Assembly (NCBI GenBank): GCA_013115145.1
Contig: JAAPAO010000036.1
Span: forward strand, 1-64,000
Origin: Perkinsus chesapeaki ATCC PRA-425
Lineage: Eukaryota > Protista > Perkinsozoa
DNA length: 64,000 nucleotides
Reading direction: 5' to 3'
Shown here: positions 53,505 through 64,000 of the stretch, piece after piece
Layout: every line of letters begins with the position of its first letter
Numbering within the stretch: the stretch's first letter is position 1
The notes under the pieces: generated by a model
Told to the model about the DNA's origin: nothing
The model's database searches: none
Seen by the model: only the letters and a program-made list of their open reading frames with translations
Program-made: the position numbers and the translations under genes

Positions 53505-54225
53505 TAGCATTCGTCCTTCACTATTGTACTACCGACACAAGAAGCGTGTCAAATCTTGAACTGTGAGCTGTGTCATCTCTATCCATCATAGTTGACCTCT
53601 CATGCATCCTGCGAGTCGCGTTACTAAGAAGTCTGCTAATACCTCATCTGCTCAAGGATCTGATGAACACGGTGGTCGTGACAGCTTAAGTGGTCAATTC
53701 CATTCAAATAGGTATTACAACTTGTGAGTTTCAAGATACAAGTTGTACCATACAACCAATATTTAGAGATCGTTGTGTTAGTCAACTCTGTCTATTATTT
53801 GTTCACTTTTCTCGAGCTGACGAGACACTCCTATTTCGGAGGCCAAAAACGTTTGGCTAGCTGGCAGATGCTTTTGTATGCTACGTTACTAACGTATAAC
53901 GTAACGTTAGAATAGGGAGAGTGTGGTTAATGCGCGCGGTAAGTGCCTTTCATAAATGGCGACCTACGGTAAGCTAGAAACTTGACTATGGTGCTGATCC
54001 AGCCCATTTGTGAAGGTAAGTGACAATCAAAATGTTTTTCGTCGAAGAAAGCGAGAAACCGTAGTCACTTACAATGGCTGTCTGACAGCTCATAGCAGGG
54101 TAGATACCCTCCAGCCATGGTGGCTACTGTGAGATCCGCGGGTTTTATAGTAGTCGCCCTAGTATGACTTGCCACTCAACACAGTAATCTTGACTGACAC
54201 CAGCATGCTGACCATGGGCCCGCTA

Positions 54226-57200
54226 TTAATTTCTCTGAACGAATTTGTGTTGGTTCGATGGCCACAACTCCTTCAGCTTTCTAATGAGCCACACAGTATT
54301 ATCAAACGCTTGAAGATTCTCTGCTTTAAGCTTCGGCAAGTGCCGTAGCAGTGCCATACCATTCTTCAAGTGAGTATCGGCTTCCATGACCTGCCATGTG
54401 AACTATGAGAAACCTCGCTTACACAACGTTACCTGTTTCTGAGTGGCAGCAGAGATGGCTCTGTTAATGAAGGCCGTAGCTAGCAATGAGCTTGCCTTGG
54501 ATGTCTCCGAGTTGGCAGTCATCTCTTGTACCTTGATGAACACCACTCTGTCAAGAACAGCTCCTTCGTCTAATCTTACGGCTCGGGAGCAAAAGTATTC
54601 GGCCTCATGAAAATGACCCTGTCTGAACAGAACGCAGGCGTATCGTAGGCAACACTTGGCATATCTGCAGACATGGCCCATGCGTTGGTAACGAGCCGAG
54701 GCCTGCTGAAAGTAGAACCTGATCAACTGTTATCACACAAACCCGTGACGCTCCCACATGTGCTCACTCTGCGCGATCGCCGAGTAGCTTCGGATCCACC
54801 TTCGCAGCGGCAAAAGCCACGCCGAGCGCCGTGTCGAAGATATACCTACCGAATGACACTGGAGGGATGCCCTACGAACCGAGGCCTCTTACGCCTCAAC
54901 AACACTCTTGTGAGTTGCATGAAGATCGCGGAGAGCGGCGGGCATCTTTTCAATTGTTTGCTGGACCAAACTTGCCGCCTTGTCTGATAATTGGGAAGGT
55001 GTCGGCTATCCGACGTGTAAGCGCCTACCTAGTTGCTCGTTTTTAACACAAATACCGATGAACCCCGCAATGACTTGCATCACGGTCTCGGTCATGAACG
55101 GCTGATTAGGGCTCAGAGTGGCCGGGTTAAAAACGTTCAAGTTCCCAATGCTCGTGTCTTCTAGCAGCATAATGCAGGCAAGGTAATTCCCTTGCTTCTC
55201 TTGGTTCACGAAATGGGTGGCAATCTCTGGGCTCTTGAGTGTTTGCAGCAGCTTTGTCCGACACAATCGAAACCTCACTGGCTTGATGCCAAGCCACACA
55301 GGTTGAAGCTTGCCCACGCAAAATTCAATGGTAACCTGAGAAAACCATCACCATACCGTTTATCTCGCATGGACCGCTCTGCAGTCTGTTAATGAAGATC
55401 CGGAACTAGTCAATACAGCGCCACATAACATTATTCACAACTAAGCCGTTCCCCCTTACAACAGCGGCCGTCTCACCTTAGGATTTCCACGTGGGTCATT
55501 CGATGGGCCTCCAATATCCCGGAGCAGCACCTGCCACGGCTCACTATGCGACCACGCTTCGCTAGTGTAGCAGCTCACCTCTTCAGGGTCAACTCGTTTT
55601 GGACTATCAGGTCCTCCTGTACTGATTGGTAGAACATTGGCGTCTATATCTTTAAACTGAGAGTCATCACCGTCCATATCGATAAGGTATCTAACCACTT
55701 ATTGACACCAACGCTGAAAGTGGAGCTTACTTTTTCATATACTCCTTATCGACGTTTGCTTGGTCAGGTAGCCCAGCATTCGCAGCAGCAGTCACATCAT
55801 CCACTGACGACTGTGATTTCGACGCTGCCGAGGTACTTGTCTGAGTCTTCTTCTTACTTGACCGCGCTGCACCTTTAGGGATGGCATCGATATGATATCA
55901 GATACGGAGGACCCACCACGGGGGTTCGAGGATGCCGGAACAGGCCTCGAAAGGAAGGCATCTTCACCCTTCCTGGAATGTCGCTTCTCGAGCTGCTTGC
56001 CACCCTTCTTGCCACCTACGGGAAATTTTACAAAGCGGCAGCAACTAGCGAGTGCTGTACTTGGGGGCGCTGGATTGTGAGCTGCAGCATCTCGGCTCTG
56101 TGAGTGCACAAGCTGTCTCTGCTTCAACTGGGCTGCTATGCTCTCGACCATCGGTTTAAGGTTTGGGTTACGCTGCAGTAGTGTAGCAAAACGGTCCATG
56201 ACTGAGGAGGGAGATGTGACACCTGACGTAGGTCACATAACTTACCTTTCTCGTAGCTCCATGAAAGCCATTGCCAGACTCTAATCATCTCACCCGCCAG
56301 CCACATGTTATACACATAGAGGAAATATAGATTAGCACAGGCAGCATGGTCAGCCTGGATGATATCCGGCAGGGAAGCTGAGTTCGCTGTTTGGACTTTA
56401 ACAACTCTGGACGACCGGACTGGACGGTCATCCGCATTTCTGCTGCCAGTCGTCTTCGCTTGGGTCTTGCCCCCCAAATACGGCGAGACCTAAAAATGAA
56501 AATTAAACTGCGGTCACTTATTCGTCATGCTACTGTCGGTTTGAAGGTCTCAACTGCCTTATCGTCATCAAAGGCTGCTTTCGAGCGACCTTTTGAACGA
56601 CCATCCGTGGTGTATGCACTCCTGGCGCTGCGAGCCGTTTCAGGTCCTGCGCACTATATATAATTCTCAAATGGATAAGTTGATTCTCACCACGACTCTC
56701 GCTGCTGGTAGCTTTCCGTGCTTTGTTATGGGACGGAGGCCACGAGGCGAGCTTGCTGAAGTGGGCAACAGCCCTCACAGAAGTCACGTAACGGTGCCGC
56801 ATTATGAAGCCGCGATAGAGTCCTTGGACCTTCACAGTAGAGTGAGCAATCTACGTGGAGCAGGCTTGTGCTTACTCGTGAAACTAGTCCAATAGTAACA
56901 TTAGGAACTCTAGCTGTATAGGAAGTGAATGCTTGTGACGGTTTAGTGTATGATTCGGCTATCCAATGATAACCTCTTGAGTGATACCCATTCGGCCGAG
57001 TGCCTGATACATCGTATCTGTGACACTTCACATAGCGATAACGATCCTTACCCGCGGGGATTCGTCCAGCGTCCACAAGTTCGAGCCCCGGTGGCGGCAA
57101 GTAGTGTTGCCCTGCTCCGAGAGTAACATTATTGACATATCGCTGTGTGAGGGTTGACACCATCTGCGAACGAGCATAATTGAATTCAACAGACTCTTTC

Positions 57201-58040
57201 GACTACAGGCTCGATGCCTTTCCAAACTGCAACCAAAAGATGGCCACTAACGCAGGCACCGTGCAGTAGAGGGGACGCTGACGAGCCGCACACCTACGAG
57301 TTACACTATATGGCCGAAGCTACTGCTCATAATGGCTACTATATCGATCAGTTTGCTGCTAACACCCATCACGCCCCGAAGCTCTCCGTCATCAGACCAT
57401 GTGAAGTTACCGTCTTGCTGATGAGGCTGCTGACAAACAGTGCATGCCTTCTGGAGCCGAGCCTCGACCTTACCTCTGCGTCACCCTTACGGCGCCGAGA
57501 TGCGTGAGCGGCCGATATGGATTCCAGTTGAGCTTTAGCTTTCCTCTTGTTCATCCTGATCAGTCAGGTGACGATCGAAAAGCTCAAATGCAACACTCAT
57601 ACGTTTCGAGAGCTTGTGTGCCTTGATCGATGCATTCGTGCAGCCAATCGATGGCAAAGCGAAGAGAGATAACATCATTGATGAAGTCGTCCAAGCGGGC
57701 TGCTTTCTGCTTCGAGAAAGACCCACTGCCTGAGCGCATGCACTGTCGTAAGGAAGCGTGGAGCTCACTAACCATTGGCGGTCTCAAAGAGATGCTCATG
57801 CGAGGCCACTGCGTCTCGAGTTGGACGCTGACCGTAGTCGAGGCCCAGATGGCCGCGGTCAAGTATGCCGTTATACATGGCACGGTCTGCTACTGCCCAG
57901 TGAGGCCTATGTTTCAACCCGCGATACCTGCGCACACGTGCGAGTGGAAAATATGCAAGGATAGAGCTGGCGCTGGTAGCTCGCGGTTCGGATTCGAAAT
58001 TCGGACTGTCGGGGGAGACACAGGTGGAGTCGGAAACATG
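54226..58040 (-). CDS. Large multi-exon protein with IQ motif and C-terminal TPR-like helices; start approximate
   Basis: KVQGLYRGFIMRHRY (IQ); YACVLFRQGHFHEAEYFCSRAVRLD and LLATAFINRAIS (TPR-like); stop at 54226. Confidence 0.55.
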
Positions 58041-58112
58041 ATAAAACGAGTAGATAGTGCTCTTTTCAACACACACGAATCAGGATATTTAACGCATATT
58101 AGAAGCAAGAGG

Positions 58113-58186
58113 GGTCGTTTAGCTCAGTCGGTTAGAGCATCGTGCTAATAACGCGAGGGTCGCAGGTTCGAGCCCTGCATCGACCA
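58113..58186 (+). tRNA. trnI-AAT: tRNA-Ile(AAT)
   Basis: GGTCGTTTAGCTCAGTCGGTTAGAGCATCGTGCTAATAACGCGAGGGTCGCAGGTTCGAGCCCTGCATCGACCA folds as a cloverleaf with anticodon AAT. Confidence 0.95.
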
Positions 58187-58218
58187 TTTCCTCTACGTCC
58201 ATTTCCGAGTTCCCATCG

Positions 58219-61200
58219 TTACTTTCCTCCGCCTGCTACTCGCGTTGTGAACTGGTCGTTCGTGCTCCGCCATAAAGTTGATAGTGACGCCTTGCACGCG
58301 ACTAAAGCCGCTTCGCACGCAGCCATAAACAGCACAATGGCGCGGTCACTTTGATGATTGCTCGATACGATGTAAGTGAATATACTTCCTGAAAGAAGGG
58401 GAGCATCAGATACCCTAGCAAGCCACTAAGCCCACTCCAGAGTGTTGCTGCATTCACAACTGCCTTCTTCCATGGATCAACGGCCACACCGTGGAAACAT
58501 GACTTCACCTCCGAGTCGGCTGCTAACTTGCTCGCAATAACACGAGTCACTGCGGCAATATGCTCCCCGAAGCCTAAGGTGAAAAAGTGTAAACCAGTAA
58601 AGGCGTATTCCTATGGGGCTTACTATTGGCTCCAGAGAGCAGCGCTTTCGAGTGGTCGTGGATCATAGGTAATCGATGACTCCAAGGTGGCCTAGTGTCG
58701 TCTGTACGGCACAGGAAGCCAAACATGTAGGCTGTTGCGTAGAGGAAAACAACCTAACACATGCGAAGCTGAAGAGGCCAACTTCATCATTCCAGGAGAC
58801 ATACCTCCCGATCGGTCTGGAATTCAGCCTGCATTATGCCACCACACACTGTTTTGGGCATCCACGGGATTGATGACTCGAAATGGAGTTGTAGCCACGC
58901 TGACCACTGGTCAGATGGCAAAGCGCTTGCTACCTGCAGAAGAGTATAGTGCATTGCACAGCCGGGAAGCTCACTGGTATGGAATGTTTTTGGGCTGGGC
59001 CTTCGTCATCCATGACAGACTGTTCTGAGTCCTTGGCGCTACTATCCTTCAACTTCCGGCTTGCCAATGCCATCTGACCTCTTCGTATAGCAGAATGCAC
59101 ACCTGTGGGACAAAGCTAACGGTGATGGCTACTCTCTTGATTGCCCACCTTTCTCGTCATGCGCTGCACCAGCCCTAGGGTACACCGCGGCCAGGTTCCT
59201 GTGGATAGACTCGCATACTGTCTGTATCTGAAAAGGAGGGGACTTCCATCAAACAAACCGCACATTATAGACTCATTCTTACCGATGTCTTTTCCAGCGC
59301 CAACCGAGGACGAATCTGCTGGACCCGTCGGCGAGCGAACGCAGGAGGTTCGTAACAGGAAAGCCGTTGCACTTTGGATTCAGTTTCCTGATAAACCGTG
59401 ATGACTTCCCCCCACATTCCGGCCTACCTCCTTAGCTATCGCGTGCAACCTATACTGCTCGAGTTTCATCATCTTCTGGCGTGCCTTCATCCGCTTTATG
59501 TCCACAACATCATCTCTGTGCTCCTCAACAGCATTCCTGTACTGGCATAACATGTACGATCGTCGAACCAGATACCTGCATCCGACAGATACCTGATGGA
59601 CGGAAACTAATACAGCAACATACATATAGAAAGGGAAGGTATCTTTATTTCTCAGCCTCTCCTCAGCTAAGTCGCGCAATGCTTTCTTGTATCGTCGGAC
59701 AATATCCGACCCTTCACCGTGCAGGGAGGACCGTACCTAATAACGTCTACACCGAGATGCATGAAGACTTGGTCGCTACCAGATGACCACGGAAGAATCG
59801 TTGGATAAGAACAGCTCGAGTGTTGAGGTGATTAATCCAGCGCTGATGGATCTTAGTCCGGAAGATGCTCTGTAACCTGTCACACATACGTCCATGGCGG
59901 CGGCGGTAGCAAGCCTTAGTCTGGAGCACCTTAGAACTGCTCTCATCAACGCTGCATTCCTCCTCTTGGTAACCACCGAGCGATAGTTATGCTGGATCTG
60001 GAAGAGAAAGACGTGTTAAAGTAGTGTACCACCATGATCCAGCATTGTAATACCGTAACCGCGGCAGTGTTCTGCCTAACAAGCTGCAATGCTGCCTTGA
60101 GAGCTCGCCAGCTCCTCTGCATCCTCAGAACAGGACCCTTGATCCGGTTGGTATATGTTATGACTTTATAATATCGATATTGTGTTTGTATAACTATTGC
60201 CGCTCTGTGCCTCATCACCCTGGCTAACAATGCCCGCAAGGTAAGGTGGATCACTACCACCCCCAACACGAACGGCGTGTGCTCCTGGTACTCATTCCGT
60301 CGACTTAGGGCAAAGAGCTCTCTAAGCCGTTGGATCTCAAGGGTTCGGCTAGTAGTGGTAGTGACATCGACAGGCACGTTGCGCAGCATGACTCCCAAGT
60401 TCTGGACGCAGCGAAGGACTTGTCGACGAGTGAGGTAGGCAAACCTGCGGGCCTTCTTCCGCTCCGCCACCTTCTTAATCGACGGTGGCTCTATCTTCTT
60501 AACATGTCTCAAAAGCTCTTGCACCACCACATGTGCTGTCTTCTTGCCATAATTGATCGGCCAGTCCTCCGGCAGTCTGTGCTCTATTTCACAGCCGATA
60601 AGGTCAAAGATCTGCTGGGCTGCTGTGGCGTCCACTCCTTGAAATGACAGGTTACCTACATAGAACGATAAGACCCAGAGACTTATCTCACCGCCTCAGA
60701 GAAAGGCGCTGCGTGGGGAGCGAAAAGTGTCCCTAATGCGGACGTACAATAAAATTTCAAAAGAATAATAATTTTCTATACCAAAAGTAAACACTAAATG
60801 CGTTGCTTCAGGCCTAACACATGACGACCATCCCTTAGGACTCCCCAAATGAGTCAGTCAGAAGATTGCTCTGAACCGTGAAGCATGAGTCCAGCGCAGT
60901 ACTTCTATGCAGTAACAAAGGTTTACCGGTCAATCTATACTAAGGTTTGAGAGAGTGAATGGCAAAACCGTAGCCATCGCAGCTTACTGTCCATTTGCAG
61001 TCGTGGCTGGTCCAGGAATTCCCTCAAGGTAATCAAAGTCTCTGCAATAAGTGTAACATTAAGAACCTTCTGTGGCAAGCCCTTCATGGTGAGCAGCCAG
61101 AAGTTTTCCTCCGATATCCTCATCCTTCTATCATGGCTGTGCTTCAGGGATGCCATATCCTTCCAAAGGACCATCATAGGCTCCTTCGCCCGACATGGCA

Positions 61201-64000
61201 CCGAGCAGGTGCCTCGTCCAGGCACGTCACTGAGCTCTACGAACTCCCGAGAGAACGCTCCTTCCGGCATCGCCCGATCAAGAGCGACAGCGCAATGGCC
61301 CATAGAGTACGCCGTCCATGTTGTGATGTCTTTAAGGCGACCAACTGTCAACTGCCCACCTGCCATATTCAGCGTCTCCTTAGTTACGGTTAACAGAATC
61401 TCAGCAGCCATGTCACTTCGTCCGCCACCACCAGCCTTCCCTTCAACTGCCTTCATCTTATCCTTAAATCGCTCCTTCTTCCCAAAGAACATCTCAGATG
61501 CGAGTAGCTCGCACGCCTCTATCGGCACGTTAGCGATAGCTCTCTGCAAATGGGCCTTTAGATCCCTAAGTTGCATCGACACAGCCGGTGGCAGATGCCT
61601 CCACCAAGGATGTATATAGTTATTAATACCCATTAAAGCCAGCATAACTTGTCCCACCACAGTATTCACCTAACACACACCATTCACATACAGGCACTTA
61701 CCCTACTACCCACCGCACCACTTACCTGCTTCTCAGTAGTGGCCCTAGTACGCCGCATTAGGACAGCCAAACGCTTGTTAAGGTTCCTTCGTAGGTTCCT
61801 CTGGAGCAATAGTGCAGCCAAGTTGGCCAGCTTTGTCCTCATTAACCTCTTCCTTTCCTCTTCCATTGCCTCCAGCTCGCCAAATAGCATGACCTTCACC
61901 TCAAGACTAGCTTGCCACCTTCTCCAGCAAGACTGAATCCTTGTCGCTGCTGCAACCTAGCAAGACATTAACTTTTGCCCATACCACTACTCCCCCAAAC
62001 CTACCCTTCTTCGCAGAGCTGTTCGATCCAAGAAGCCCTTAACCAGTGCCTGGACCCTCAGAACCGTCTTCAACTGTCGCTGCATTCGTGCCCGGACCAA
62101 GACCCCTCTTAAAATCCCCTGTATCGTAGCTGCCTTCTCCTGCATATCCCTCACAGGTTTCCTTCCATACCAGTAGCCTCGCAGAACCCTCTGAATATCT
62201 GTGGCCACCCTGTTCATATCAGCCAAGGCCTTCTGCGTCAGTTTCATCCGCCAGTAGCTCTGGATCTTAGCAGCTTTCATATGCTTCACCATCAGCCTCC
62301 TTCGTTCAGCCATGCCACGGAAGGTGGCCTGCACCTTTGATATGCGTTGATGTGTGAGCTGATAATCGGCTCGCGCTCGGAACTTTCTGTACCAGCTCCG
62401 CAAGATCATCGCATTTGAACCGTGCCGGCCGAAGAATCTCTGAGCATCCCACATACGCTTACAGGACGCGATCATAGTCACAGCGTCCGTCTGCCGCCGG
62501 ACACGCTTTCGTACCTAACTTCTCAGATTGCCTCCAAGGCGTGCTCGAGGCCGAAGGCTTACCAATGCTCCACGAATAAACTTCTGCAGTTTAAGCAGTG
62601 CCGTCTGCTCCGCGGACTTCTGGTGTATGTAGGCCGGGTCATCCGTGATCACGTCATGAGCGAAGCTGTAGTAGAAACCATCAGCGTCGGGCGCCAACCG
62701 AGGGGGGTTGAGCCGAGCCAGATGCCAGTGATCAGCGGGGCACTGCTGGAGTGCTGCCTCGAACGCTTCTCGTGGGAAGAAGAGCCATTGGCACTGACAT
62801 GGCCCAGTCTTGTCCGATTGATTGTCTCTGGCTAGGAAGCGTCGACGATTGCAAAAGCCAACGTTGACAAATGGAAGGGCATCGCTGAACATGGCGGCCT
62901 CGGCCTTGGTGAGATAACTGAAGGTGAGATTAGGGAGATGAAGGTAAGGGAAGCAGAGGACTTACCGGCAGCCCGGCAAGGGGTATGCCCAGTGACTTTT
63001 ACGCCGCTTGTGTACTGTACCATAGCAATCACAGCAGAAGTTATCCGTGCATTGCTGACACCATACCACCGAGTCCAGAACACCACACTCGCTGCACTTA
63101 ACCTGACCAAGAGGATCTTCCGGTAGTGGCAGAAGATATTCAAGAGCTCACTTTCAGAAAGCCACGATAGTCCCAGAGGAAATCGTTAAGTATGCAGTCA
63201 TTGAGATGCTCTCGGAATGCCTCCAGCATAGGATGGCAAACCTGTCCCTGGTCCATCGCCAACCTCGATGACTCATCTGTCCGCCGGCCAGCCCCAGCGA
63301 AGGCTCCTGCACCACCCCTATCGAGCTTGACATAATAACGCACATCCGAGCCTCTAATGATGACCTCCCAATCGGGTGGTAGGTTGTACTTCAAGGCAAA
63401 GTAGCAATACCAATAGTAGTGGTAGTTGCCGTGGATGCCCAGCTGCATGGCCATGCTCTTAATCTGCTTTGGAGTGATCACCACATGACCCTTAGTTCCA
63501 TCAGGATTCCCTGTAGCCCTCAATAGAAGGCGTAGACCATTGAGACCGGTAAGGGAGTAACGTTCCTCTTCAACACCCAGCACATCAGGAGCCAGGAACC
63601 GACTCTCGTTACTTGCCCTCCTTAAGTCATCAACGTGGACATATACCTGAAGGGATGAGGCACAGAGAGATGGATGCCATACCAGGCATGTTTGCCCTTG
63701 AGAATTTAGCATTCACTATGGCAAGATCTCCCAAATTCTGCTACCACAACTACCCACTATTTTTCAGCCGATGTATTTCTCAGAGCAAATTGCCTTACCT
63801 CCTCTTCATCCACCAGCCCTGCCTCCAGCAGATTCTGCATAGTAAGCTCTACTCTACCTCTCAAGATACCATCATTATCGCCCACCATAGCCCTGGTTAT
63901 GTTATCATCATCTTCGCTGCCATCTTGTAACTGCTTGATAAGATCGGCACTCTCTGACAAGTCTGCCTGCAGCTCCGTATAGGGCTGCAGCCAGTCCGGC
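58219..64000 (-). CDS. Very large IQ-motif-rich protein with WW-like domain; 5' end outside window (could be more than one gene)
   Basis: At least 12 IQ-like motifs (VQATFRG, IQSYWRM, IQRVLRG, IQGILRG, MQRSWRA, IQRFFRG...). LPPDWEVIIRGSDVRYYVKLD...CHP is WW-like. Confidence 0.7.

Overview
Eukaryotic nuclear DNA, not prokaryotic: gene-dense, with many short (mostly ~35-65 nt) GT-AG introns, very short intergenic gaps and genes grouped in same-strand blocks. Gene content and style best fit an alveolate protist of the Perkinsus type; this is an inference, no search was run. I hand-spliced about 25 protein-coding genes. They include three tandem TauE/SafE transporters, a ZC2HC1-like zinc-finger protein, actin, an ankyrin protein, an MLF homologue, a multi-KH protein, two ALDH3-type paralogues, RPC8, PEP mutase, U2AF65, eIF5, a multi-TM/LRR protein, a TPR + Aha1-like protein, a Ni/Co-transporter-like protein and two IQ-motif proteins. 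There are also two tRNA genes (Gly-TCC, Ile-AAT), a 29-bp minisatellite and a 36-bp tandem duplication. I found no CRISPR array, rRNA or recognisable transposase/reverse transcriptase. The strongest leads appear only after splicing: (1) a TPR carboxylate-clamp + Aha1-N-like fusion, i.e. two Hsp90 co-chaperone modules in one protein; (2) a multi-pass membrane protein with LRRs and an EF-hand; (3) an ankyrin protein ending in a Sec16-type motif; (4) a PEP mutase with a mitochondrial-type presequence; (5) a 369-bp AT-rich, near-identical tract shared by otherwise diverged ALDH paralogues. Gene boundaries are manual predictions and some ends are approximate. I cannot claim a complete new multi-gene system.
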